From NCBI GenBank assembly GCA_030264375.1, contig JASCQW010000109.1, positions 37,466,076 to 37,530,075 of the forward strand: a stretch of 64,000 bases of DNA. Direction: 5' to 3'. The DNA is from Carcharhinus longimanus (taxonomy: Eukaryota). Every line of letters starts with the position of its first letter. Position 1 is the stretch's first letter. Under the pieces are notes generated by a model. That model was not told the origin of the DNA. It searched no databases and worked only from the letters and a program-made list of their open reading frames with translations. Of this stretch, positions 48,422 to 60,810 are shown piece after piece. The position numbers and the translations under genes were made by a program.

Positions 48422-48819
48422 CTAAAATTCAAGAGAGAATAAACACCAGAAAAAAATTTTTAAACATTGCATGTGGAAATAAAATTGCAAAAATATTTAA
48501 TTTCTCGATTCAAGTTAGCTCAATTTTAAAGTTATGTTTTTTTAAAACCAAAGAACTAATTTAGTTTGGGCTATAATTTTATCTACAAGTATTTATAATT
48601 CAAAATGTATTAAAATGAGAACAAAATTGTTGCATCTCAAAAATATTCATGGATCAATAACTGAACTGTTAATATAAACTGCTGAAATCTGGGATAACAC
48701 AATTTACTGATGCTTTAAAATAATTAATGTTTATTTGCATACATCTAAATAATGCAGAATGCCCAATAATTTTTTTTAAATCATAAAATTCCACTGTACG
48801 AACTGGTTGCCTTTGAGAA

Positions 48820-49375
48820 ATGAAGGAATGGGGATGCAGAGTATTTCTGATTTAGGGAGAAATTGGGAAGTATTGATGTCCAAAAGAACCTGCGCGCCCT
48901 TGTCCATAAATCACTGAAAGCTAACAGCAAGCAATTAGGGAGGCCGATGATGCATTGCCTTTAGAGCAAGAGGATTTGAGTGCAGGAGTAAAGATGCCAT
49001 TCTTTAATTTTACAGGACCTTGGTTACAATGCAACTGGAGTATTGCGCACAGTTTTGATCTTTTTTATCTTAAGAAAGGATAAACTTATAGAGGGAGTGC
49101 AATGAAGGGTCACCAGATTAATTCTTGGGATGGTGGGACTGTCCATGAGGAGAGAAAGGGGACTGGGCCTGCAATCTTTAAGAATTCAGAAGACTGCAAT
49201 GTAATCTCATTGAAATTTACAAAATTCTTAAGGAGCGATACAGGAGACATTCAGAAAGGATGTTTCCTCGGGCTGTAGAACCTGGGGACAGTCTCAAAAT
49301 AGGACAAGCCATTTACAACTGAGATGAGGAGGGATTCCTTAATTCAAGTTTAGCGAATCTTTGAAATTCCAACTG
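48820..49375 (+). mobile_element. CR1 RT 3' fragment
   Basis: ARGFECRSKDAIL..YRTLV..QLEYCAQF and EGVQ*RVTRLI remnants. Confidence 0.8.
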
Positions 49376-50639
49376 ACAGGGAGGGAGGTCCCAAAGTGCC
49401 GGATAAATAAAGTTAAATAAACCAAACACAAAAGCCAAGAGCAACTCTAAAGCAAAAAGGGGTGAAATTGAAACACAGAATAAAATATAAGTGCTGGGCT
49501 GCTCCACTGCATTCAAAGGGGTCCCTTCTCCAGACAACTGGGAGCCAGCCACCCGAAGTAGGGCCAAGTTTGAGGGGCTGTCTGGAGGTGGGCCTTCTCC
49601 AACCATCACATGGGTCTTCCTTTATTTGTTGCCTTCAGATTCTGGGCCTGTACCTGAATGTTACGAATCCCTCTTCTACGCACATTGGCAAACAAAGGAA
49701 TCTGGACACAGCAAGCCACATTTCTTAAAATCACTGCTCAAAATATAAAATAAAATCTGAAAGCACAAGAGAGAATGGGTTGGACTATCTATCTGAGAGG
49801 AGGACAATGAAAGCTGACTCGCTAAAAGTGTGAGTTGCCCATTTTAGTGCCGAAATGACTTCATTGCTTGGGATGGCTTTCTCACTTGTGTCAGTATCAC
49901 AGAGGTTAGCAATTCTATAATCCGATGAAGAGCTCACAATTAAAATCTGTGAGGGAAAACAAGCATGTCAAACCACTGGCCTATAAAAATGCAGGTCTGG
50001 CTATATAGACAAACTTGTTCTTGCTCTTGAACCATATCCAGGCCATAAAACTGGCAAGGTGACAAAAGGAAATTGCCATCATTTAAAACTAATCCTCACA
50101 CAAGACTGTCACAATCTCCATCCTAATTCCAAAAGTCTACTTATTACATTGCAAAACTTAAAACTATGTAATAATAATCTTAACCCCCAATCCAAACATA
50201 AAACTGGTTCAATTCAAAGCCTGCATGCCAATTTACAATTTAATCTGCCAACTTTCTCAGTGAAATATCCCAAAACCATCACAAAGCAAGGTGTTGAGAG
50301 GTGTTGCAAAAATTGTGCATAAACAAGAGGAAATGGATACAGTTAAAATAAGACCATCACATCCTCAGAATTATTTGTAAGATATTCAGAACACCATATT
50401 TAAAATGATTCCAAAACAATTACAGTCATAATCACAAACTTGAAACAAAATAATTGGAATTAAAGGAAGAGTTTCACAATCGTAATGGTACGTGCATGCT
50501 TTTATTGAAAAACATGACAATGCCAATGGTCAACGTGAATCAAAGGCGTAGAAAGTTAACAGAGCTGCTCATAAGCTAACTTCTTCCATAAAGTGAGTAT
50601 TGTGTCCTATTGAGTAAGGAAAGTCACACAAAGATTGAG

Positions 50640-51400
50640 GGCCCTTAAATGCTGACAATGCAACATTTTTGAATGTGGATTTATATTGGCATGTTGAACT
50701 CACAAAAAAGCAGAAACTGGTTGAACTGCAACAGCTGAGCCTTGATATCCATAGTCCGAATGAATACTAAGCTAGTCTAACACTTCCAGAGGATGCAGGT
50801 CTCGAGCAGCTGTCAAGCACAGGAGACAAGGACAGTTCTGGAGTCGTGGACTTGCAGCGCCAGTGAAAACTGCAAGGAAGAAGCTAAACTTCTGACTGAA
50901 GAGGAATTTAGCAGTAAAGACAATTGGATTATGTCCAGTTTAAAATACAGGGAAGCTGGGGGAAAAGGGAATGATTTGTGACTTGGGACATTGCAGGGTC
51001 AAGAGGAAGGAGACAAAACCACGGCAAAGAACAAAGACGGATTTGATGCATTTTAATAGAAGTGTCCTGCTTTGGCTGTGGACAAAAATCTTGGCAATCT
51101 ATATATGAAGCACAAACGATTCAGTGCTGCTTGCACTTTTATTTCCTACTCATCGGTATGCCCTGTTTGAGATCTGAGGGACTAATGGGTTCTCCAGTTT
51201 TAGTTGGAATTGGCAGTTCATTATCCTTCAAAAACTGCTGCAGCAGTCCTGTCCTTTTGGCAGTTCGCACCCAGATTAAACGAGAAGCTGAGTGAGACAG
51301 ACATGCAAGACTACTTTGTGATGTTGTAAAACATGGTGGAACTCTGGGGTGTACCGAAGGTTCGCTTCCTGGGAACTTCGTACAATATGGCTGTACCCAC
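50640..51400 (+). mobile_element. Decayed Gypsy (Gmr1-like) LTR retrotransposon gag remnant
   Basis: ELTKKQKLVELQQLSLDI (~50695) and FAPRLNEKLSETDMQDYFVML*NMVELWGVPK (~51262-51360) resemble the fish Gypsy gag motifs LxKxxLxEL and PxFxExDVxxYFxxFExxAxxxxWPK. Confidence 0.45.
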
Positions 51401-52929
51401 CACGACTACATTAGATACATGTTTGCACCTGGGAAGTTTGCTTCTCTCAAGTCGCAATATTTTACCATCTGGCATTCCGATAAGAGAGACATTTAGATTT
51501 CAAGGCAATTATTGAAACATGCATGTTTTGCAACTAATCAATGGGTATTTTCTTGACTTTGGCATTCTGGCTAGAGGGGCGGGGGGGGGGGGAGGTGTTG
51601 AAAATGAAGATGAACACCCGGGCNNNNNNNNNNNNNNNNNNNNNNNNNNNNNNNNNNNNNNNNNNNNNNNNNNNNNNNNNNNNNNNNNNNNNNNNNNNNN
51701 NNNNNNNNNNNNNNNNNNNNNNNNNNNNNNNNNNNNNNNNNNNNNNNNNNNNNNNNNNNNNNNNNNNNNNNNNNNNNNNNNNNNNNNNNNNNNNNNNNNN
51801 NNNNNNNNNNNNNNNNNNNNNNNNNNNNNNNNNNNNNNNNNNNNNNNNNNNNNNNNNNNNNNNNNNNNNNNNNNNNNNNNNNNNNNNNNNNNNNNNNNNN
51901 NNNNNNNNNNNNNNNNNNNNNNNNNNNNNNNNNNNNNNNNNNNNNNNNNNNNNNNNNNNNNNNNNNNNNNNNNNNNNNNNNNNNNNNNNNNNNNNNNNNN
52001 NNNNNNNNNNNNNNNNNNNNNNNNNNNNNNNNNNNNNNNNNNNNNNNNNNNNNNNNNNNNNNNNNNNNNNNNNNNNNNNNNNNNNNNNNNNNNNNNNNNN
52101 NNNNNNNNNNNNNNNNNNNNNNNNNNNNNNNNNNNNNNNNNNNNATCAGCCATGATCTAATTGAATGGTGAAGCAGGCTAAAAAGGCCGAATATTTTATT
52201 CTTGCATTTTTTTCTTTTATCTCAATTAAGTTGCAACACATTTTATTTGCTAACAACTCAAAATCTTCATATTAAAAAGGTACAGTTTCCATTACATATA
52301 ACAGATGCTACGTTCTATCAATGCAATTTGTCTGCTATACAAAAGTGAATGGCAAAACAATAATAGGTTGTGGCAATGAAGCAAACCTGTAGTGTTAAAA
52401 GTGCAAATTGCTGTTGCAGCATTAGGCAGTTTCAAACAGCTGTTAACACTTAACTTTGGGCAGCATTTGCAAAGTGGAGACTTCAGACAGTTTCAAACAA
52501 TTGATTGCAGTTGCTTGAAGTCTCTGCTTAGATTGCCTTTCATTGTTGTAAGAGGACAAACAGCTGATTGAAGCTACTTGATAATCCTGCACCTGAAATC
52601 ATTAGAACTTTGAAACTGGGTAAAACATAGAGCGAGAAATAGCCAGCACACTTAACACATTTTGAATGTTGCATCTCTAATTGACTCCTATGTCATGGCA
52701 AATGGTTGGAGTTATTTACTCAAGTGGTGCACGATCAGCAAAAATCATTAAATAGTGGGAAATGTATAATTTTTTAATGGTTGATTATATTCATGTTAAC
52801 AAATAAAACAATATACTAGTGGCATACAGAGAACCAAAAAAACTTTAGTCAAGGTACCTTATGCTCAACAGATGGTGTATTGATGCATTCTATTTGTACT
52901 CTAGTGTTGTGTCAGGGAGTGGGGATCGT

Positions 52930-53720
52930 GGTTGTGTCTACATTTGGTCAGGATGGTTCTTAATCTCCGTCTCCTTGATAGGAAGAGGCACATCTCGTTT
53001 AGATCTTATTGCCATTACAGATACAAGTTTGGGAAATAAATATTCCAGGGTACACCACATTTCAAGAAGAAAGTCAGAATGATAAAGGAACAGGGACAGT
53101 CCTGATGATAAAGAATGATACAAGGACATTAGTGAGAAAGAATCTTGAATCAGATGATTAGGAAATAGAATCAGTGGGTGGAGATGAGAAATAGCAAGAG
53201 TCAGAAAACAATTGTGGGAGCTGTTTCTAGGCATTGTAACAATACTTGTACCATTGGACTGAATATTAAACAAGAAATTAATGGAGCTTTTTACAAAAAC
53301 AATGTAATTATTATGGATTACTTTATTCTCCATACACCTCCATCCAGGCAAAGTGGTTTGAAAGATGGGCTTGTGAAATATTTTTATGAGTTTCTTGGGG
53401 CAATAAAACTAGGGAGAATCAACCAGGGAGCTATTAAAGGTCCAATATTGTGCAACAAGACGGTGTTAATTGGCAACCTCATCTCAAAAAATCAATTGGG
53501 AAATAGTGATCATAAGACAATTGAATGCCATATTAAGTTCGGAAGAGATATATCCAATCCCAAGCAAAAATCTTAAATTTCAAAAAGAGAATTATGTAAG
53601 TATAAGGGAAGAGCTGGCTAAGATTGATTAAATAAACTGGAAGGTTTGGCAGTAAACAAATGGTGGGAAACATTTAAAGAAATAATTTAAAGTATTTAAA
53701 AATACATTTAAATAAAAATC
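52930..53720 (+). mobile_element. Decayed CR1 ORF2 endonuclease region
   Basis: DLIAITDT, NIPGY, ESVGG/VEMRNSKSQKTIVGAV, NVIIMDYF, LGNSDHKTIE. Confidence 0.8.
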
Positions 53721-54549
53721 GTGGAACGAACTGATTCTGTATCATATTAAATTCATTTTAAACACCTCACACTAATCTCTGTAGGTCTGACAAGCATATG
53801 TGGGGAGAGAACAACAACCCCCCCCACCCCCACCGCCGCTCCTGGCTCAACAACTCGGATTTAGATACTTTCGCATAGGATCCCAGGAGCAGGAGAGCTG
53901 CCCATCAGAATTTCAAACTTTCAATGGGGAATTCCCACAGAGGTCAGTGTGTCAGGACTTTGCAGGGTCCCAATGCACATCTTGGACTGCACATTTGGTC
54001 TCCCACCTCCTGGAAACTGGAAGATCTGGGACATGGTATCCTGTACAACTCAGCGTAACAATATGAAGGGAGTGCTACCATGCCCCTAATATTAGCATGG
54101 TTGCATTAAGCTTAGATGATAGTTAAAGAGGCAAAGTTTCCACATCACAGCTTGATTAATCGAGGCCATGTGCTTATATCTATGCATTGTTTCCCTCACC
54201 TACACTGCATCCCCACCCCAATGCCATACCCACACAGCATCCAAGCCTCAACAGTTGTTCAAAAACTCAGCTATGTGACAAAATCTGTGACGGGGTGGGG
54301 TTTTACTTGTTCATCATCACCTCTACTTAATGTCATTTTTTATTCTTTCATTGGATATGAGTGTCACTGGCAAGATCAGCATGTTGTTCATCCCCAAGTG
54401 GCCTTAAGGTGTCAAACCACAGCAATCCATCTGGTGTCGATACATGCACAGCACTGAGGGAGTTCCGGGGTTCTGATCCAGGGACCATAAAGGGACTATA
54501 ATATAGTTTAAGTCAGGGTGTTAGGTGGTTTTGAGGAAACTTGCAGGTG

Positions 54550-55140
54550 CTTTAAAGGGTGAAAAGCTGCAGCATGCTACGGTGCAGAGGGATCTGGGGG
54601 TCCTTGTGCATGATTCGCAAAAACCCAGTCTGCAGGTGATCAAGAAGGCAAATGGGATAGAATATAAAAGCAGGGAGGTCTTGCTGCAACTGTACAAGGC
54701 ACTGGTGAGGCTGCAGCACTGTGTGCAGTTTTGGTCGCCACACTTGCGCAAGGATATCTTGGCCTTGGAGGGAGTGCAGAGGAGGTTCACTAGGCTGATA
54801 CCAGAGATGAGGGGGTTGGACTATGAAGAGAGACTNNNNNNNNNNNNNNNNNNNNNNNNNNNNNNNNNNNNNNNNNNNNNNNNNNNNNNNNNNNNNNNNN
54901 NNNNNNNNNNNNNNNNNNNNNNNNNNNNNNNNNNNCTGCCCGTTGAAGTGGTGGAGGCTACCTCGCTAAATATATTTAAGTCACGGGTAGATAGGTTTTT
55001 GACAGACAAAGGGAATTAAGGGTTACGGGGAGAAAGCGGCAAAGTGGAACTGATCCACTTCAGATTAGCCATGATCTTATTGAATGGCGGGGCAGGCTCG
55101 AAGGGCTAGATGGCCTGCTCCTGCTCCTATTTCTTATGTT
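54550..55140 (+). mobile_element. Young CR1/HER1 3' end
   Basis: Encodes VQRDLGVLVH...EYKSREVLLQLYKALVR..CVQFWSPHLRKDILALEGVQRRFTRLIP, with an intact tail CTCCTGCTCCTATTTCTTATGTT. Confidence 0.9.
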
Positions 55141-55589
55141 GGTGTTCCCATGCATCTACTAGCTTATCCTTTTTGATGTTAGATGTCACAGGTTTAGAAG
55201 GCATTGTTGATGGAGCCTTGGTGAGTTGCTGCAGGGCATCTTCTATATGGTACACACCGCTGTAACTGTGTCAGCAGTGGAGAGAATGAATGTTTAAGTT
55301 GGTGAATGGGTGTGAATCAGACTACTGTGTCCTTAATTACATCGAGATTCTTGGGTGTTGTTGGAGCCACACTCTTCCAGGTAAGTAGAGAGTATTTTAT
55401 CATATTCCTGACTTGCATTTCACAATGGTGGGCAGGCTTTGGCAAGTCAAGAACTGAACTACCACAGAATTCCCAGCCTCTGATCTGCTTTTGTAGCCAC
55501 AGTATTTTCATGACTGGTCCAACGGTAACCACCAGGATGTTCATGACGGGATTCAGAGATGGTAATGACACTGTATTCCTTGGAGTTTA

Positions 55590-55982
55590 GGAGAAGAGAC
55601 CTTGTTCAATCATGCAAGATCCTGAGGGAATTTGACATAGTAAATGGCAAGACGTTTTCACTAATGTGAGAGTCTTGAACAAGGGGACATAGCTACAAGA
55701 TAAACAGTCAGCCATTTACAATTGCGGTACATCAAAATTTCTTCTTACAAAGAGTGGTGAATCTCTGGAATATCTGTCCCAAAGGGTGGAGGAGGCTGGA
55801 TCATTGAAAGTATCCAAAGTACAGGTGGATAAATATTGGAAAGATCAAGTGTTAGAGGGACATAAGGAAATGACACATAAAAGGGATTGAGGTTGGCACA
55901 GATCATCCGTGATCATACTGAATGGTAGGGGACGCTTGAAGGGACTGGTGGCCTATCCGTGCTTCTATTTCTTGTGTTCTTG
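55590..55982 (+). mobile_element. CR1 3' end
   Basis: Encodes NFFLQRVVNLWNICP...KVQVDKY plus tail. Same subfamily as 20400-20730. Confidence 0.8.
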
Positions 55983-56336
55983 TCAATGTCAAGGGGAGAT
56001 GGTTAGATTATCTCCTGTTGGGGATGGTCTTGCCTGGCACTTGCATGCAAATGATATTTACCATCATCTCCAAGCCTGAATGCTGTTCAAGTATCCTGCA
56101 AATGTGGGGAGGTTTCAGGAAAAAAAGTATTTATCCATGAGGCTGTTTCTCCCAAATATCAGCCATCCCCATGCTTCTTACTGCTGTCATCCATTTAACA
56201 CAGTAGATGCACATTTACAAATGCTTTACTAACAGGAGTCGCTCTCTTGCATGCAGTGAATTCTGTCTCTCAGCAGGGCCTGAGCTGAAGCCAGGACACC
56301 TCCCGTCCAGTCCAGCCCCAGGGAGGCTGTTATTAC

Positions 56337-56469
56337 CTTTCGCTCGCTGTGTCGGGTAGCTCTGCTGCGCCCAGTACAGGTACTGCAGGGCCTCCTCCCG
56401 GTCACCACACTTTAAGCACCTCTGTGCGGCTTCGATGTAGCGCTCCGCCTCCTGCAGCCCTGCCTCCAT
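56337..56469 (-). CDS. DNAJC18: DNAJC18 exon 1 (coding part)
   Basis: GCTATGG Kozak context, donor AAG|GTAATA, 133 nt, inside the CpG-rich region. Encodes MEAGLQEAERYIEAAQRCLKCGDREEALQYLYWAQQSYPTQRAK. Total CDS is 1161 nt = 386 aa. Confidence 0.9.
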
Positions 56470-56760
56470 AGCCTCAGGCTGCAACCCTGCCCGCTGTTTA
56501 CTCGGTAACTGAGNNNNNNNNNNCCCCCACGACTACTACCCACTTGCCACGCGTCAGCCGCCCAATCAGCACGGAGGAATAGGCACATGCGCGTCACCAC
56601 AACAACGACGACGGCCACCAGCAGTGGTGGTGGCCATCTTTGTTGGGGGCGGCTATCATTGTTGGCAGCGGGCATCTTTGTGGGGGGCGAACCTTTCATA
56701 GCGACGTGCCGGAGGGAAACACATGGCAACAGGCCGCGGGTCAGCAGCTGTTAGACGGTC
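56470..56760. promoter_or_regulatory. CpG-rich housekeeping promoter, probably bidirectional
   Basis: Local CpG enrichment. NF-Y CCAATCAG (56562), NRF1-like GCACATGCGC (56583), YY1 GCCATCTT (56633), ZNF143-like ACTACTACCCA (56532). Confidence 0.7.
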
Positions 56761-56797
56761 TTTGTGGTCGACAGGACGCATGATCCGTAAAAGCCAG
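56723..56797 (+). other. Candidate first exon of a divergent transcript
   Basis: AACACATGG start context, an open 25-codon frame MATGRGSAAVRRSLWSTGRMIRKSQ, and donor CAG|GTGATT at the edge of the CpG island. No recognised homology. Confidence 0.3.
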
Positions 56798-56959
56798 GTG
56801 ATTGTTGCTTTTACCACCAATACTTTTCACTGTATTTCAATACATGTTACAATAATAAATCAACTCAGTTCAATGTAGAGCTGAAAGTTGGACGAGCAAC
56901 TTGACTGGTGTGCTCAATGGAAATAGATTTAAGTGTTGCCAGTATGTATACATGAATCC

Positions 56960-57590
56960 TCCCCTCTTTGAAAAAGTGTCTCATGCCAGGCATAAATCTA
57001 GTGAATCTTCGCTGGCCTGCCTCCGATTCAAGTATATCCTTCTTTAAATATGGAGACCAGTATTCCACTCTTCTTGCAATAACATCCAACATCCATGTCA
57101 TTTACCTTTTTAATTGCTTGCTGCACCTGCATGCTAACTTGCTCTTGTGCAAGTTTTCCGCAAGCCTCACTGAATATGAACAATTGCTAGTTTCAATCAA
57201 CTTTAAAATATTTTCTAATCTTATAACGAGAGTGAATAACCACACATTGTACACTATCTGCACCTTGCTGCCCACACAATTCACCTGCATATATCTCTCT
57301 ATTGCCTCTTCTTTCAGCTTGCATTCCCACTTTATATAATCAGTAAACCTATATACCTTACTTTCTGCCTCTTCATCTAAGTAAGTCTAAATACAGCCTG
57401 TAAGTAGCCGTAGCCCCAGAATTATTTGATCCTCGTGCCACTCAACTAGTCACAGCCTACCGACTTGAAAATGTGGCATTTATGTCTACTCTTTGCTTCC
57501 TGTCCATTAACCAATTCTCCTTCCATGCCAATATATTACTCCCAACTCCGTGAGCCCTAACTTGACATATTCACCTTTGGTGTGATACCT
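56960..57590 (-). mobile_element. Decayed CR1 RT fragment
   Basis: Encodes VEYWSPYLKKDILESEAGQRRFTRFMPGM. Confidence 0.8.
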
Positions 57591-57594
57591 TGTC

Positions 57595-59440
57595 ATAGAA
57601 TTATTATGACGCAGATGGAGGCCATATGAACATCATGACTTAGTTTCAGTCCCCTGCTTTTTCTCCATATTATTGCATGTTGTTTCTATTCAAATAATCA
57701 TAATATGCCTTCTTGAACGCCTCGATTGTACCTCCAACACACTTCCAAACAGTACATTCCAGAGCTGAATCACTTGTGTGAAAAAATTTTTTCTCACAGC
57801 ACATTTGTTTTTGCAGATCAGGTTAAATTTGTACCTTCATTCTTGATCCTTTTTTCACTATTTGCTCTGTCCAGCTCCCTCACGATTTTGAGTATCTCTA
57901 TGAAATCTTCTCTTAGCTTTCTTCTCTCCAAGGAGAACAATCCCAACCTCTTCAATCTATCCTCATATCTGAAGTTATTGATCCCTGGAACCACTTTTGT
58001 AAATCTGCATTCTCTCTACTCTCTCCAATGCATTCATATCCTTTCTAAAGTGTGGCACACAGAACTGTACATAATATTGCAGCTGAGGTCTGACTATGTT
58101 CTTGTATAACTTCAGCATAACCTCCTTGCTCTTGTACTCTATGCGTGAATTAATAATGCCCAGAATACTATATGTTTTACTAAATGCTGTCTCTACCTAT
58201 TCTGCCACCTTCAATGATCTATGTGCATATACATCCAGATCCATCTGCTCCAGTATCCTTTAAGAATTTTACCCCTTTGTACTGTCTCTCCATATTCTTC
58301 TTGATGAAATGAATCACCTCATACTTCTCTGCATTGAACTTCATCTGCCACTTGTCAGTAGCTTTGGGTGCATCTCATTGAGTCCTAGTACAGTATCAAT
58401 TTTAAGATAACCTTTCTAACATCGCCTCCTTCTCACTTGTAAATTCCTCGCGTGTACCAGTTGCTTCCTCCTCTCTCACTTTGGCCTGGATAGCATTCTT
58501 TTCCTCTGTAAAAGCAGATGCAAAGTACTCATTTAATGCTTCTTCTATTTCTACTGCCTCCATACTTAAGTGTCCTTTTTTATCCTGAATCGACTCTCTT
58601 TTACTACCCTTCTATTATTTAGAAGGCCTTGGAATTCTCTTTTATGTTAGCTGCTAGTTTCTTTTTATGCTCCCTTCTTGCTTTTCTGATTATTGTTTGA
58701 CTTCCTCTGGTCCCTTTATTTTTTTCAGCCTGATACTCCATTTTATTTTCTATCTGACATCTGTCTTAAGTGTACTTCTTCCTTTTCATCTCTCTCTCTC
58801 TCTCTCTCTCTTCATCCAGGGTGTTCTAAATTTATTTGCCCTACCTTCCCCTTTCAAAGAAATATACCTTGACGTTGCCTGCAGTACTGTAGGTGGAATA
58901 TTCCAGTCCGCCCCTTAGCTGGTTTTCTGGTGTTGGAGGTGGCTTGCTACGGGCAGGATCTTCCGGTCCCACTAAAATCAAAGGCAATTTACATTCCTTG
59001 TCCTATCAGGGCACACATGCCAAGGGTTGACTTTGGCAGGGCTGGAAGATCCCGCTGGTGAGAAAAGCTGGCGAATTGCGCCGTGTCTGCCCTGACTACT
59101 GCAGCACTTCCATTCTTCCTCGTCCCTTTCTGTGCAGCTATGCCAGCCATGGTGCCATGAACTTGACCCTTGCTACCCTCTGAGGAACCATCTTGCTCAG
59201 TAGTCACCAAAACACAAAAGGATTAGAGAGCAAGATAGGCTTGGGGGATTCCTGCACTGTCTGTTTCTCTTAGATACTCTGGCAGTCACACATGCCCTTT
59301 CTGACCGTGTACCTCTTAGCTGTGGGGTGACCACCTCTCTGAACATGCGATCCCCATAATTGTCAGCCTTGTGCCACAACCCAGAGTTGAAGTTACTGCA
59401 GCTGATGACACTTCTTGCAGATGTAGTCATCGAGGGCACT
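57595..59440 (-). mobile_element. Internally deleted CR1 spanning ORF1 to the 3' tail, with a MITE at ~58895-59075
   Basis: 3' tail near 57600, RT end YYVQFCVPHFRKDM (~58040-58075), linker LNEYFASAFTEE (~58500-58540), and ORF1 zinc-finger DDYICKKCHQLQ (~59395-59435), in the expected order. Confidence 0.7.
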
Positions 59441-60679
59441 TCATGAGAGTTAGCAGGATTGAAGGAGAGGCAGAAATGTTGAATAAATAATTATAAGTTG
59501 TTAAGGTAGTTAGGAAGGTAATTAAGACTCTTTCTATCTTGAATCCTGGATATCCAGGCAGGAAGCCTATTTTCCACATGTCAACATTTCACCAGGGTCA
59601 CAAATTTGAGTGTAGAATGTGAAGCGTTTCTTCAGTGAAATTGACAGGCTGTGGAAAGCTTTTAAGTTACATTAAAGAGCTCCAGCTATGGCAATTGAAA
59701 GACTGCTGAGTACTTTCACTTCTTCACAAGTGATTGCCAACCTCTCTGAAGGCACTTCACCTGGCTGGACCTTCACTCATCTGCAGTGGACAAGGGAACA
59801 ACTTCTGCGAAGGACAAGAGGAGAGGACGCACCACCATGACACACCAAATGAACTCTCAACTCACCTAAACATGCAAATGTTAGATCCAGCCTATTTACT
59901 TCTACCTCAAAACCACCATAATATCTTATCACAAACTAAACACCTTTATCCTTTCATGTCTTAAAATTCGCAGACAACCTGTCTCTAGTAACCTTTCTCA
60001 ATTAAATAATTTACATGGACACAAAGACACATAGCTTTTTTGCTGAATAACACAACATTTCCCTAAAATACTTTTTTTTAAATAATATCCATTCCCACAG
60101 CAGCACCAGCTAACTTCACCTCAACCACATGACCCTCCACAGAGCAGAAGGGATAGACACCAAGATCCAACTAGGAGCCAACAGTCCTGCATAAGGTCTA
60201 CAAGCTAAGCTGTCTACACATGCCTGATGCTAGTGCCTCAGAAGGCTCTCTTGGCAAATTGCTGCGGTCTCCTGGAATAAGATCTTCTTCCAGGTGAAGT
60301 AGGCTAGCACATATTGCCAATGGCCAACAAGAGGCTGGTCACTGATGGATCATTCCCAGCCCCCTTTCCACCCCACCTTCCCTTGCCCCTGTGAGTCTGC
60401 CTTTCACCAAGTTTTATACCCTCTTTTGCATGGAGATAAAGCAGAGATGTAAATAGCTGCCGTAGAAAGAAGGAAGGACCATTTGTGTGCAGCATGGGTA
60501 CGAGTGAGCAATCGGTTGAGTGAGTGGGAGTATTGGTTGTTCAAATGGGAATGCAAGGTGCCTACAAAGAAGAAAATCAGTGGGGCTGCAAGGTGCATGG
60601 ACCTGAGTTGTGCCTTGCAGACGAATGCTGGGAAGGTCAGAGTGTGGAGATTGGCATCTCCTAATTTGCCCTCCAAAAC

Positions 60680-60810
60680 TCCAAGATCCTGTTGCTGCTG
60701 CATAGTTGGAGGCAGCACACTCTTTCTGCTGACTTCCTCAATCACTTCAATCCACGCCATTTTGGTTGGAGGGATTGTCTTCATCCTCCTGCCCTTGGGA
60801 AATATCATCC
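60680..60810 (-). mobile_element. Harbinger transposon Myb/SANT-like ORF remnant
   Basis: IFPKGRRMKTIPPTKMAWIEVIEEVSRKSVLPPT resembles Harbinger Myb-like LFP...AWxEVAxxV...RT. The element probably extends over about 59.6-61.0 kb. Confidence 0.55.

Larger units (their letters stand above)
54335..56100 (-). mobile_element. CR1-clade LINE (second subfamily) hosting two nested plus-strand CR1 insertions
   Basis: The host consensus GCAGGTG//GGTGTTCCCATG is split at 54549/55141, and the host is split again at about 55585-55982. Confidence 0.7.

Noticed and set aside
30154-56469. Calling the J-domain gene DNAJB12 or DNAJB14
   Set aside because: The [13 protein letters not shown]/poly-E and [14 protein letters not shown] motifs, the stop in coding exon 8 and the PROB1-like neighbour all favour DNAJC18.
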